Shown: positions 1-15,000 of the stretch, one piece after another
Numbering within the stretch: position 1 is the first letter of the stretch
Layout: each line of letters starts with the position of its first letter
Assembly: GCA_041648975.1 (NCBI GenBank)
Contig: JBAZNZ010000010.1
Coordinates: 10 to 64,009 of the forward strand
DNA: 64,000 nt
Origin: Candidatus Omnitrophota bacterium
GTDB taxonomy: Bacteria; Omnitrophota; Gorgyraeia; 2-01-FULL-45-10
Direction: 5' to 3'
Notes under the pieces: model-generated
Told to the model about the DNA's origin: nothing
Database searches by the model: none
The model's input: the letters and a program-made list of their open reading frames with translations, nothing else
Program-made: the position numbers and the translations under genes

Positions 1-3000
1 TTCGCCATCCCTCGACTGGCTCGGGATGGCGTCCTGAGCTCGTCGAAGGACGCCATGTCCGGAGACTGCGGGCCTTGCTGCGCGGCTGAAGATAGGGTGT
101 CCCCTTTTAGGCTGGCCCTGTTTTGAGGAACGCTCGCAATATAAGGGTCCAGATTATTGCCAATGCCAAGGTCCTCGGTCTCCATTTCAAGCTCTTCGAG
201 TTTTTCCTTCAACTCCAAATCCAGGTCGTCAAAGGCGATAATGTTTACGATGTAATCCGCGTCCAGGTCTTCAATCGCAAGACCGGCATTCCTGCGCGTC
301 TCCCCCTCCTCTACCAGCGCGTCCTCCAGGCGGTCGGTTACATCGCCGTATATGTTTTCGGTCACGATCCGCATCCTTGTTTCTTCATCAAGCTGGGGAG
401 TGACCCATGCGGTACAGGCATTGAAGTATTTTTTCAGGTCCGGCGTCAACCCGGCGCCGTCCGGGTTCGTCTTTTCGAGGGCCTTGAACGTCTGGTATTC
501 CGCCCAGAATTCGACGGCGCACGCGTATTCGAGACTGTGGTCATACGAAATAAGCAGCCTTCTGAAGTGTATGTAATTCAATATACGATGCTCGAACCAC
601 TGCGGCGTATGCGCCGCGAGGCATTTGTAGGATATATCTATCGTCTTCCCGTCAGGGGATATATCCAGCAGGTCCGGGTTCCGGGCAGGGCTGCCGAGTC
701 TTAATATCTCTATCTTAAGTCCGTTATCGATGATATATTCTATCGCCGCGTTGGGCAGCCTGCGCATAATCTCCCCGGAGGCTGTTGGGAAAAGCCCCCA
801 TTCGTTTGTAAGAAGATATTCCAGCTCTTTGCGGCATGCCGACTGATGAAGCCTCTTTCTGGCCTCAGCGGCTTTGTCCTTATTTACAAGCATGCCTTGG
901 GCGTCTCTTTTATTGGCCCATTCCATGATCCTGTCGCCGAGCACAGACTTCTCGACGATATCTTCCTCGGACGCGATACCTTCGCTTTCGGCAAAATGCA
1001 TCCACCCTTTCAGCTCCGACTTCTCATGGATGACCTTGGATCGTTTACGGGCATAAACGGTCAGCTCATTGCGGCCTGCATGGTCTACGTCGAAACCGGG
1101 GTTCAGTATTACTACGATGCCGTCTTCCAGCCATAACTTTACAGGGTGCAGCCCCGTAAAAAGGACTATCTCCTGTCCGTCTACATCGTCATCGACTTTG
1201 CCTGCGCGCAACATGCGCCTGCGCTCTTCCTCCACTATATCCTTTATCGCTTTTTCTATATCATAATGCATTATGCCGCCGCGGTGAGGACGAGAACCGA
1301 GCCGTAAACCGTATATCTTAAGCCTGGCATCCAGCGTGTCCGAGATCTTACGCATCTCCTGAGAGATGTTGCTGTGGTACAGGTCATGCGCCTGCCTGGT
1401 CGTGACCGGCGCCAGGCTCGCGGGCATAAGTATATCCCTTGGATAGCGCAAACTGTAGAGCTTCGCGAAAATATTGCCTGTCAGGTGAGCGATCATAAAA
1501 TTAGCGGCAATATCCGGGAAAGTATTTTTAATACCCGTAAAACAGGAAAGGGCCGCTACAAAAAGCGTTCCAAGCATCACCGCTACAGGTATGCCAAAAA
1601 CGCGCTGGTACATATCGGCTCCGCCGGGCGGCTCCTCGCCATTATTCATCTTCTTATACAATTCGATGTAGGCGGATTTATTGAAGTAATGGACAGCGAT
1701 CAAAGTAGCCGATATATAGAAGAAACCAACCCAACCGCCGTTTACATAAAACAAGGCGCGCAACAGCTCCTCTATCAGTGGAGACACAGCCAGGCTCGCG
1801 AACCATCCGGTTCCAAATATTGATCCGGGCATTATTGCCGGTTTATCCCACAATTCATTCATGTCGGCCGGCAGTACCGCATACCCCACGCCTATGCCTT
1901 TCTGGCGGAGCCTCGTTACTGCGAAATTGACGATAAAGTGCGAGACAGCGGTAATGCCTATGGCTATCCAGGGGCTTGATGCGAGGAAAAATACGGCGAT
2001 TGTGTCGAAGATGCTTACTATGGCTGGGGCTATCGATTGCTTGAATATCTTATCGGGAGGCGCCCTCATGCTCTTCAAGTGCAAAATTGTAAATATAAGC
2101 CCACCTATACCTATAATAGAGGTGAGTATGCCTGTACGGAATATTGATATGGCCGGGAATAAATATTCTAATACCGCAAAGAGGCCGAAAGGTGCGCCTA
2201 TCTTAAGTATCTGCTCAAACCATGGGGCTATCTCTATAGCTGTACCCCTAAGAAGCTCCTCTTCACCCAGGTTAAGCTTAAGCACTTTGTTATACCACCA
2301 CCTACCAATAGACTGGGTAAGAGGTAGAGTAGCGGGTTGCCACGGCCTGGCAAACCGAATCTTTATGCGATCCATAGCAGACCTTATCGTCTGTTCAAAC
2401 GGATACACCCATTTCCCGCTTCTTATCCGTTCGGCATGAAGATAGTCATTATATCTTATGACGATCTTCGGCGCCGCACCCACCTCTTCCGACCGCAAAG
2501 ACAATTCGTTTATTCCGTCCAAATCCATTCCAAGGGTTGCTATCGTATCGAGGAAGTCGGATCTGGAATCAATTAGATTTTTGCTCTTCTCGAAATACGG
2601 CCTTACGATCACTGTATCCTTATAAGTCGATTCAAACTGCCCGAATGAGGCGTCAATATATAAAGACGGCTCCTCGTCTCCCGTATACACGGCTATCCAT
2701 TGATGATATACAGGAAGCGCGTCTTTATACTTATAATACCCGGGGATAATTTCAATCCTCACACTATCATTGCCTCCTATCGGAATATTAAATCGCGCGG
2801 ACAATATTTCCGCCAGGATATTGGATGTTATTATACATTCTTGTCTTGCGTATTTAGGCAGAAGCAGCCCTTCCTGTTTCAGCGCGGCGAAGAAATCGCT
2901 TTGGATGCTTCCGGCAAAATCTCCCGCCATGTCCGGGCCTTCCTTCTTCATGTGTGCTTTAAAAAAGTTCATTAACCGGGGTTTTGCAGATGCGTTATTT

Positions 3001-6000
3001 GTAACGAAATAATAACCGAACAGCCCGCTGTTTCCAAACTCCTCTCTACGGGTAAAAAGTGCGCCCTTGTATCCGTTATTTCTGAATAGATAACTTACTA
3101 TAAAATAGGCCATCCTGTTATGAGCGCCTGCCGGATGAGGTAAATAAGAATTAAAGGCGTTTACCGGCCGATATTCCCTGACTGTATCAAATCCCGGCAA
3201 ACCTGGTTTTGCATGCGCCCTCCCTTCGCCTTTCTTAGCATGATCTATCAATATCTGCCGGCCGATGATATAAATATACAGATCGACTGCCGCGTCGAAT
3301 AAATCATTCTCATTGTCGAATCTGGTATTGGCTATTTTCAATATATCCGTATCAACCGGCAACCTTTCCTTTAGCGTGCGTAATCTCTCTGTCCTGATCT
3401 CATCGCTATACTCTTTATTTTTTCTGTCCCCCCTGAATAATTCGACCACATCCAAAACCTTCTCCCAGGTAAGCGGTTCCAGCGGCAGGCCCGAAGGCTT
3501 GGATGAAACCAGCACTTCAGAGTTGAAATAATGGACTGCTTCCATAAAATTGTCATCGACTATTCTATTATCCACATTTAACCGCAGAGACGGCACCACC
3601 GAAACTACTCCAACCTTAGCTGTTGCCTGCAGCGTCGCGTACCCTATTTCATGGCCTCGCATGCGCAGCCGCATGATGATGAAGTTTACGATAAAGTGCG
3701 AAATTGCGGTAACACCTATGGCTATCCAGGGGCTTGTAGGCAGGAAGAATACGGCGATTGTGTCAAATATGCTTATGATGGCTGGGGCGGCGAGTTGCTT
3801 AAATAGGGACTGTCCCCGGACTGTAGAATCCACCGAGGTGGGGACTGTCCCTATTCTTACCGGAGGCGCCCTCATGCTCTTCAAATGCAGAATTATGAAT
3901 ATAAGACCGCCTATACCTATAATAGAGGTGAGGATGCCTGTGCGGAACAGGCCTATGGCCGGGAAGAGACGTTCGAGTATAGCGAATAATCCGAAAGGTA
4001 TGCCGACTTTGATGAGTTGCTCGAACCATGGGGCTATCTCAAGAGCCGTTACCCTTAGAAGCTCTTCCTCGCCAAGGTTAAGCCTCAATACTCTGTTATA
4101 CCACCATCTGCTTATAGACTGGGTAATGGGCAGAGTTGATGGGGCAACTAATCCTTTTGCTGCCGTGGCCGCGGCAAGCGCCCTGCTCTCGCGTAAGCTA
4201 GGCAGATACATATCTCTCTCATAATCGCCGGCGAACCTTCCCATCGTAAAGTGCGCCATAGTATCGTATACGGCATTCTTTGAAAGCTCTGCCCAGCGGT
4301 TTTTATTGTTCGCGTAAACTTCCATGACTTCTGTAAGCGCCTTTAACATATTGTCGGCCGTCTCTTCATTCCTTCTATTGGCCGACTCAATATCCTTATC
4401 GTCTTTTACTTTTATTGAACTTTCATTAAACAGGAACGCCGCCCCCTTTATCTCGCTTAAAGGTTTCGGTTGATTCTTCTCCTCATCCCACGCGTTCTCG
4501 GCTTCCAGGACCCATCCGTCCGGCGTAGAGACGCTCAAGGCTCCGCATAATCCGGCCTTCATACCGCTCGTTCCACTCGCCTCAAGCGGCGGTATGGGAT
4601 TATTCAGCCATACATCGGCTATAGAAGCGAGGTGTTTCGCTACGTCGATATCGTAATTCTCAACGAAAAAGACATCACCCTTGTTACGGTCGCTCAAGAT
4701 AAACTCATTGATACTTCTTATTATATCCTTCCCTTTATCATCGGCCGGGTGCGCCTTACCGGCGAAGACTATCTGTAGCTTTAAACCGCGTTTTGTTGCT
4801 TCCGCGCGTAATGTCTCTATCCTCTTCAATACCAGGTCGAGACGCTTGTATGGAGCGGCGCGCCTCGCGACGACGATGGTAAGGGCGTTATCATCAAGGC
4901 CTTCGAGCCGGCTTGCCGGACGCTTCTGCCTCAGATCCTCAATAGCGGCCTTCTTTGCGGCTTTTCGCATCGCGAGATATTTGTCCGGATCAGCGTAGCC
5001 GATGAGCTGGCGTATCTGCTCTTCATTCAGCCTATCCATTGCCATCCTTTTCAAATAACCAAGGGATTTCGCATGCTTAAGCAGGCCCTCGAGGAAGGCC
5101 TGCATCGGTTTCATCTGCCAGAACCTGCGGTGGACAGCGTTTGTTATGGCTATTATCTTGTTGCCGTTCTTATAAAGCGTCCGCGAAACCCTCGCATGGC
5201 TCTTCGCCACTGCGTTGGCCCTGCATGACAGTTCTAATGCCGCGTCCGCCATACAGACCATATCTTGATTGTTAAATCTTCTGCTCGGATGCAGAAATAT
5301 CTTCTTTATATCCTCATAATTCAAGCCGTTCAGATTCGCGTAATGCTCAAAATAATCCCTGAATAACTCTTCGTCAAATTGTTCGTTGCCGGCTTCTATG
5401 GGCGTGTGGGTCGTAAATATCATGCGGTCATGCGCGGCGCGTTTCGCGTCTTCGAACCGGGACCCTGCCGGCGCCCCCGCCGATCGCCTTTTTTGCTCCT
5501 GACTTATCAATTCAAGACCGGCGAAAGCGCTGTGGCTCTCGTTCATATGCACAAGCGCCGGCCGCATCCCGCAGGAGGCTACCGCCCTCATGCCTCCCAC
5601 TCCAAGAAGAAGCTCCTGCATAAACCGCAGCTCATCCTTGTGGGCGGGCACAATACTTCCGGAAGCGTCTTTGCCGCGATCGTAAAGATTATTCGTAAGC
5701 TCTTTAGCCCTGGGATGCGCGTCGTCTTTAGTATGGTTCTCGGGAATGTTTGTATCCAGCAGGTACATCTCGACCCGGCCCACCCTGATCCGCCAGATCT
5801 TCGCGTAGATATATTTGTCGCAGCCCGCTTCTATCTTAAGGACGATGTCGTTCTTTTTGCCGGTCAGGGCATCCGTCTCCTGGACAATCTCCCCTAATTT
5901 TGAAAAATCTGTAGGCACGTTAATTTCGACCTGAGATCCTACCGGTACGTTTCTATGATGATCGTTAGCATGGTCTTCGGCAGTCACTATATGCTGTTCA

Positions 6001-9000
6001 AAATATCCGTTCTTATACGCCAGGCCTACACCGACAAATGTGTTGGGGCCGTATCGGTCGTTCAGTCCCCGTATAGTGTCGCCCGACAATATACCCAGGC
6101 CCCCGCCGTATATCCTAAGCCATTCCGAAAGGCCGTACTCGAGGCTTAAATATACCACCCTCTCGTCATCTTTAAGCCCAAGCTTCCTTGATGCCTGCCT
6201 CTGTATCCCGGTTCCTTCGATGTATTTGCGGTATGCCGATTCAAGGCGGAGATAGTTGTCGAAATTCAACCGCGCCGGGTCGGCGAGGACAGCCGCGAGT
6301 TCCTCTCTAAATGGGACCGCTGCGCCTTCCTCATTCACTACCAGGCCCTCGACCACAGCAAGGTCCTTGCTGATCGTTTCCAGCCGCCTTCGGGCGGCCC
6401 CCGGCATCTGAACATCCTGCCGGGCAAAGAATCGCGTAATAGTTCCGGCGACTACTTGATTAGCCGCGACAAAAAGCAGCCTTGCCGCCAGCTGGCAATA
6501 GAATATAGTATCTTCGCCGGGAGCACCGGTTTTTGCGCGCGAGATGACCTCATCTGTTAGGCGCCTGTTAAGCCCTGCTATCTCTTTCGCGTCATGGAGG
6601 AGGACCTCCAGGGTACCTGAAGCGGCAGCGTCCTCTGCCTTGACGCTTTCTCTCATATCGTCGATCATTCTTTTATATTTATCAAAAAACTTTTCGGAGA
6701 ACGGCGATTCGGCTTTGAAGAGCATCCACTGCGCGGCGTCGACGGTATCTTTATTATCGCTTTTATTGTACGTGAGGATAACAGCCCTGAACACTTCCAG
6801 GAAATTTTCTTCCTGCCAGTGATTCCGGTGGCCGCTGACAAATTCCCTGGCCCAACCGGCCTGGTATTTCTGACGCAGGAGATCGGCCTCCATATCGAGC
6901 AATCTGCCAAGAAGAGCCTTCAAATCACTATCTGCCTTAATATGGCCTATGACCATCCGTACCGTGCCGACGGCTTTGTCAATAAGGCACTCATTTAAAC
7001 CGGGCATCTTCTCGGCGGCCGCGAGGTACTCCCTCAATCCATCCAGCGCCGACTGATCGCCCTGCTTAAGTCTCTCGCCGAAACCGGCAAGCGTGTCGGT
7101 GTGTTCTCTCATGAATATAGCGGAGAATGCCGAGGCAGGATCAAAAAGTATCCACTGGGCGGCATCATGAAGAGCATCGTCTTTTTCAAGGTTCCATTCA
7201 AGGACCAATGATTTGAAGGCAGAGTACCGGCCGGGTTCGGTCATGTCATACTTATGGTTTTCGATGATCGCGCGCGCCCAGGCGATATTGAGCGTCTGAC
7301 GCAAAAGCATCGCTTCCGCCGAATAGAGCGTTCTCAATTGCTCATGCTCATTGAAATGGGCAATACCGGAACAGACAGCGTTTACCATCTCGCTGGAAAC
7401 GCGCCTTGCCAGACCCGGTATTTCGATAACTTCGTCAATTAGGCCCTTGAGAGCTTCGATGGCCTGTATATCGTCATGCTCAAGCCTGTCTTTTACCGCG
7501 GATATCCTTGCCAAATAATAATCCCTGAATCTGGAAGAGAGCTCTGATTGCGGATCATAAAGCATCCAGCCTGCGGCATCGCGGTCGGCCTGAACGGCGC
7601 TGCGGCTCCAGGCAGCAACAGCCTGATAGCAGGATGCAAAGAATGTCTCATTACCAAAAGCTCCTTTGCGCGATTCGAGGAATTTGCCGGCCCACTCCGG
7701 GCCATGCTCCTGTTCGAGTAGGGCTTTTTCCAGGTGTAGAAGATTCGTTATCTGCGGTATAGAGAGCCCTCCGAGGTCTGGACCGAATGCGTGAGTTATT
7801 TTAGCCAGGATCCGTTCCCTCAATCCGGAAACAATGACCGCATCCGCTACGAGCTGGCCTAACGCTATTCCGGCTTTCATATCACCCGTATGCAGAGAGT
7901 CCCTTACGATAGCGAAATTACCTTCCTCAGCGTAGTCGAATTCCTGCTTAAATCCTCCATCAGCACCTGTCAGTATCCAGAGAGAGCCTTTTTTCATGTT
8001 CTCGTCGCCGTAGCGCAGCATGAGCCGGACAGCCCTTCGGACCTCATTGAGGGGCGCCTGCCATGCGCGGCATTCATCGCACAGCTGCAGGGCCCACGCA
8101 TGATTGGTCCCGTCGCCAAACAGCTGCCGGGCGCGCCTGTACAGCATACTGCCGTTTACGATATCCCGTTCATGCAGTGTTGTGCCGTCGACAAAGTAGA
8201 CGCGCACTTCCCATGGCAGAAACTCGGCCACGGTCTTTTCAACATCCGGCATATTGAGATATTTCGTGATCTCCAGCGTACGGGGTTCGGGAGAACGGTT
8301 TGCCACAACGATAGCGGTCCTGCCCTGATAAGAACGCGTGAAATATACGCACTCATCCTGCGGAGGAGCGTTAAGCATCACCCCTTTACGGAATATGGGA
8401 TCGCCCTTGGCATTTATCACGTTTGCCACGCCGCCGGCTATCGATGTGTCATACGGCAGGGCTTCGTATGTCTCGCCGTCCAGCGGCCTTCCCTCATTCG
8501 TCTCCTTTACAAGCTGCCGGAATTTCTCATAGGTCGCGTGTCTTCGTATATCATGCCGGAGCTCGCCGGTATGGCGATCACGATATCCGGGCATCATAAA
8601 CCCAAGCGCGTCCGGGAAGTTGAACATAAAGTATCCCGGCAAAAACGCCGTTATTGCCAGGTCACACAGGTATTTTTCCCTGTTGCCTTCATACATGCTA
8701 AGGGCAACGTCTTCATCGTGGTTTGATACGAAATTAACAAAGATGCCTATAGTAAGGTACTTTTGAGCATTATATAACCACCTCTGTACCGGCGCGGCAG
8801 AGTCTTCTTTCGAAAATTGATCGCGCAGGCGCGTCCAGAGTTCCGAATAATCATAGAATTCATCAATGCCGCTTTTCCTGAAAATATCGATAAGCGCCCC
8901 GAAAAGATTGTAATGTTCGGTGATGAACCTTGCCTGCGGGAATTCTTTTCTAAATTCAGCCAGAAGTTCTATCGGAAACCTGTCCGCCATATCGATACGG

Positions 9001-12000
9001 AAAACGGTAACCCCTGATTCGATCCACGCCCGGATAGTATTGAGTAAATACCGGTGCACTTTGGGATGGCGCAAATCTAATGCAGCGGTGCTGGTCATAG
9101 CGCGATGCGTCCGGTTGTGGCTTATCAGAACACGGATCCTGCCTGTTGGTTTACCGCCGATCTTCTCTATACCCGAAACAAAACCGCGTTCTTTTAATTT
9201 CACGACCAACGGATCATTGGGATCGTTGCAGGGAACGTATAGCAGGAATGCGGCACTGCGCGGCCCTTCGCTGACTCCCTGTGTTTCCAGTATCTGCTGT
9301 TCGGACAGGCCTTCAGGTATGCCGTCGGCGCGCCACTGGACCGGGACATTCGTATGTGGAACGCACCAATAAGGATGTTTAACGACGAGCGGGCTATCGG
9401 GAGTTAAATGGCCGGTGATATCCACTGCCGTGGTTATTTTGCGGCCGGCCAACCATTGGCTACACGTTTTTACTTTGTCAATAACATCAGGGTCAGCCAT
9501 ATCAGAAACGGAAAAAGCCGAAGCCGTCTCGTTTTTCCGGGCCTTTGGAGTATCGCGCACTACCACCCTGTATTGAACCCTTTCCCCTCCTATATCCCTC
9601 GTGTAAAGATGATCCGGTGGCGATAATTTCGAGTCATTGAGCATCTTCCCTATTTCGCCTTCCCTGTGGACGCCGACGAGATAGATGGTATTTCCTTGCG
9701 GTATAATGATGGATTCCAAAAGACGTTCCAGATTCTGACGAAGCCTGTCCAGTCCGCCTAAAAATCTCACCATGACCTGCATAATACCGGGACGCTCTTT
9801 ATCAAACGCGGGAATGAGGTGAAATACCTGGCCTCCCTGCGGGATCGAGACAGGAAGAGGCTCCGCGGTCAATTGCCTTTTATCTGTCGTGCGCTCCGAC
9901 CTTTTCGTGTTAATGTCGAACAGAAGATATGTGCCCGAGAAACCTTCGATAGCGCCCGCTTCAGGCAGAAAACCAAAACTCTCCGGCAGGATGGCGCCGG
10001 TGTGGTTATCTCCTAAGAAAAGTAAATACACCTCGCCGTCCGCGATTAAAGCAAAGGCATCCATCGATTCTTCGGACTTAACCTTGAGATTTATTAGCCT
10101 GGGCCGCAACGGCTGGGCGCCTGCAATATCACAGGTGTTTTCCGCCTCTACCCAGGCATTCTGCCGGGCTATGTCATTTAACGTTATGCCCGTATCCTCC
10201 TCTGTGATTTCGTATATATCTTCTCCATCCGAGCTCTCGCGTTTCCTGACAAACACTTTGGCCGCCACGGCAGGAGTAATCATATCTTTGATCTTCCCGG
10301 CCCGCATCATGGGAATCTGCTTATACCGCCTCTGCATCAATGCCTCTTCCGTGCCCGCCGGCATTTTCAATCGTCCCGCCTCGGCGATTAACGGTAAAGC
10401 GGCAGGCATCGAGGAAAAGACCTCTTTCATAATCTGAGTGCGAAGATTGATATCATCGACTGCCATCGCCGCGCTCATAAGCTGAGCAATGATCCAACGC
10501 TGCTTTGCCGCGGAAACGAGCTCGAAAAATTTGATAATCGCTCCAAGGCCCGCGAATTTATGGTCCAGGGCCAACGGCAGAACCGAACGGTCACCCGACC
10601 CCTGAAGCAGATTTTCCAATTGCTGGTTATCCGCCGCACTTAAAAATGCGACAGGACCTAAAAATTCTTCATGTGAAATGATCCACGCCGTCCCCCGCCT
10701 TATTATATCCTGATTCGAAAAAAGAAGCCGTTCCAGTACATCCTCAAACACCGCCTTGAATTCGGCGAAACTTATCTCGTCCTTATGATGGGAGTAAAAA
10801 TTGCTTGCCCATGCGGCGCCGTCACCGCCTTCACTCTCCGGGCGGGCTCTTGTATATGCCTCGGCTAAAAGCGCGTCCGCGCTCTCTCTCCCATTCTTGT
10901 ATGCCTCTGTTTGGCGGAATACCAACCGGCAACGGCCGTACTTAGGCAGTTCGATAACAAGTGTTCTCGGCCCAAAAAACACCTTCGTTCCAGTTGATAA
11001 TACTACATTGCTCAATTCCCCTTCCATTGAATCTCCTGCCGCGCCCGGGCCAAAAATACGGTCGAGGCAGATGGTTGTCTCGGTGGGGACATCTGAATCA
11101 TTAACGACCTCAAGGACATCTTCCTGGCCTGTGTGCCGCACCATCGGTATAAGGCCGCTGTTTTCCAGCGTATCGACGTACCATGGAACCACAATCGTAT
11201 GTGTCACTCCGTCGCTTCTTAGAGCAACGGCTACATCCGGTTGAGATTTGCGCACGCTCTCGGCATGCGCCCATCGCCTCTGAACACCTCTATGCGGCCG
11301 ATGAGTAAAGGAATTACTTTCTTCCGCGAGCCCGATGTCCAGATTCTCAAAAGGATACTCTGGGATATAAACAGCAGAGTCACGCCAGTTTTTTTCCGCC
11401 GTCTTTTCGCGAGTCGGCGGCCGCTCGATCGGCAAAAACTCGATAAATGGAATAAGCATGTACCCGCCTCCCATTGCGCATATTGCCGCTGCCGCGCGGA
11501 CATGCTCCATCGACCCAAGGCGTTCAAGTCCTACTCCTTCATCATGATTTGTGTACATAGTCGCGTCTCGCGCCTGCGCGCTCGTCCCGCCTGCCCCAAA
11601 AAGATAACCCCTCACGGCCTGGGCGGTTCCGCCGCTAAGTGTATCAGCGAATTCCTTGTTGTAGCTTACAGCGCATCCCCCCTGGCGCATACCCATCTCT
11701 CTGAAAAAGACCCTGTTGTTCTCTCCGTATACTTCACCCAGAATTAAGAGGCCGGGATGTTTTTCGCGCAAACCGGCCATAAGATCATCCCATATCTCGC
11801 GGGGCATCATCCTGCCGGCAGCTTCTCTTGATATGCCCCAGGGCTTGAGCTTTTCATCAAAATACCTGTTCCAATAGATCCAGTCCGCCAGGTCCGCCCT
11901 TACACCTCCCTCACAGGTCATGTCCGCGATAGAGCCCAATATGTCCGCTATCTTCCCGCGGTTTTGGCCCTTTGAATAATTTATCAGCGCGAGACTAAGC

Positions 12001-15000
12001 GCCCCTGGCGCCATGTGCCGTACAATTCGCATAGAATCGTGGTATCGCGCGGGAAGTATTCCCTCGTCCATCCATCGCGCCATCTCTCCATCAGTCACCT
12101 CCGCTTCGAAGAACATCCCTTCAGCCACCCATGAGAATTCGCGGCCCGGCCCTTTAAGAAGACGCGCCTCCAGCTCCTCGTCGGAAAGATTTTTAAGATC
12201 CGGGTTCCCGCGCGCCCATCCGAAAAATTCGTCTCTATCTTTCCATGACCAGAAGAGCCCCGCCGACTCTTCGCTAAAAATGAGCGGCGAGTCGGAGGCA
12301 AACTGGTTCGTGACAAAGTCGAGATCGCACTTAAGGCCTTTCGGCTTAAGCCTCTCCCGCACAAAACGCCTGAACCCTTCGTTGGTATTATCGGAAGCGA
12401 TAAGCCTTGGGTCTATCTTATAGTCATAGACGTCGTATTTTGAGCCGCTTTCCCGCGTTGCTCCCGGGCTCTCCTTGCCGGATGCGACATCGCGCTCATG
12501 CCACTCGCGAGCCATAGCTTTAGAAAGCGGGCTCTCCTGCCAGACGCCCTTAAACCATATATGGCCGGCCCCCAATTCATAGGCATACCAGTCCCATATA
12601 TCCTTTATCAACTTCGGGTCACAGTGCAGATATCGGGGATTAAGGTGCAGGCGTTTAAGTCCGCTGCTATCGTCTATTATCTTCGCTGGAACGCCATCCC
12701 CGAGATTCTGGTCCATGACCACATCCGGAATCTTGTCAAGAGTCGTCCCGAACGCCCGGGCAAGTCCGTGGGCGTCTACTTCAATAATAAGCTTGTCCGA
12801 ACGCTCAGAGGCCCTTACGGCTTCGCATAAACAAACTATAAGATCTTCCCGCTTATCTTGGACAAGAAAGTTGTCATCAATATAGAGCGTCTCATCGGCA
12901 TACACCGCTTCAACGGGCATCTTCGCGAATCGAATCCTGCTCCTGGCGTAAAGATCGGCTAGAAGCATCACGGCGCCATTATCTCCGCCGATGCGGCTTT
13001 TCGCCTCGGCGAGGACTGCGGCGAAATCGCTCTGGGCTTCCTGGTTTAACTCTATCTCTTTGCCCATGCCGCTTCGAATATCCGCCATTGCCGCGCCGAT
13101 ATTATCCGGCTTGAATCGGCAATATCCGATTACGGCCGACTTTGCCCTCACGTTTCCTGCGCCGGCAAGGGGAGTATCCGACTCTAGCCTTCCGAGCCCC
13201 CAGAGCACGGAAGCGTTTGACCACGCCTGCCTCCAGCACCCTTTGGGGTAATTCTTCTTACCCTCTCCGCCGGGGATTTGCGATGCCTCCGCATCAACGA
13301 GTTCCGGAGAGCCTCCGTTAAAGAGGTAGTCACCGCCCGTATACGGATCGCGCGCGAGCTCCATGCACTCATCCACCATTTTCGCTTTAGCCTCTTCCTT
13401 CGTCATATATCCGTATTCGGCCGCGCATAACATATAGAAAGGATAGAGCCACGGCCAACCGGTTCCGTTGTGATATGCCTTATCCCGATCTTCCTGTGGT
13501 TTATCCTTATCGTAATATCTGTAATAATACTCCCCGTAACCTTTGGGCCAGCCGATGACCTTGCCCTCTTCGTTATCGCGCGTATCCTCTACATACATCT
13601 TTACAGGCGGCGCGAGACTGCGCAAAGCTCCCGTTCCCGGAATAAGCAGGCGGTCGCGCGTTGATTCCACTATCCGTTTAGCGTGTTCGCCGGCCGCAAG
13701 GCCGAAATATACGACGAATATCTGGTTTGGCCTGACGCATGGGTCGCGCCTATTTTCCTGTTTCGATTGCTCCGCCGTCTGGAAACCCTCGGTCCCGAGG
13801 ATGTCGAAGACCGTGCCCTCTTCCTCGTTCCAGAAATATTCATCGAAATTATTCCGGATTTTTTCGGCGGTCTTCCTATATTCTGTCCTATTTTCAGGGT
13901 CTAATTCCCTCATCCTGTTCAGGGCATTGAACCATAGCGCCTGTATCTCGACCGGATATCCCTGGCGCAGGGTATTTTTGGTATCCATCCAGGTAAATCT
14001 GGCCGGACTATAGATGAAACCTGTCGCCGCATCGGCATGAACGCTTGACGGGTCATCGCCTGTGGTAGAGTATCTGGTCATGATAGCACGAAGAACGTCG
14101 CTCACCTTCCTGTTGTTTTCGCCTACTGCCATATCCAGGATCGCTATATCGTTAAATTTGTCGATGTGCCTGTAAATGGCCTCGATGAACCATAATGCGG
14201 CGTCCGACGATTCATACTTGCCGTGCACATTCGGGATAAGCCCATCTTTTTCCCATCGGGCCCATTTTAACAGGATCGCTCTAGTAGTATCGAACCGGCC
14301 GGTCTCGATGGCCCCAAGAAGAGATATCATGCTGTCACGGCCCCATTCCTGATGAGGAAAATTCGGAACGCCGGCTTCTATCGCGGCCAACCCTTCGCCA
14401 TCTATGAAAACGCGCTCAATAAAAGAGTCCATCATTCTTGCCTCAAGAGCTTTCTCTTTGTTTATTGTTATCTCAAATTCATGTTTCCGGCCGGGCTCAA
14501 GTTCGTAATAGATACTGCCGTCGGGGGAAATATTCTCCCCGGGTATAAACATTACTTCGCTTCCGGTGGAAAGATCCACATGCCTGGACGGCTGCGATAC
14601 ATCTACCCCCAGATGGTGAAGTTTTAAGGGGGCAATGCCGGACTTGGCCCGGTCCGAATGGTTCACAACGGACAGGCGCACCCTATCACCGTCTTTCTGC
14701 CATCTGGCCGCGATCAATATACCGTCGGAATCCGATATGATCCTGGATTCGGTAAATGTCCCATCAGCGGCCTGCCCTACCAGCTGCTGGCCCGCTGCCA
14801 TACCGACCGCAAGTTTCAGCAGCCTTGCGATGTCGCGGTTATAGAAGCCGTGACCGAGGGTTATGGCTGTGACGAGGGCTGCGGATATGGTTATGAATAT
14901 AGATATGGCCGTTACATGGGGTAAAAATAGGAACGGAATGATATATATGCTTCTCAAAAAAGTGCCAAGCCCTAAGATGGTGAGTATCTTTAAGGCGAAG

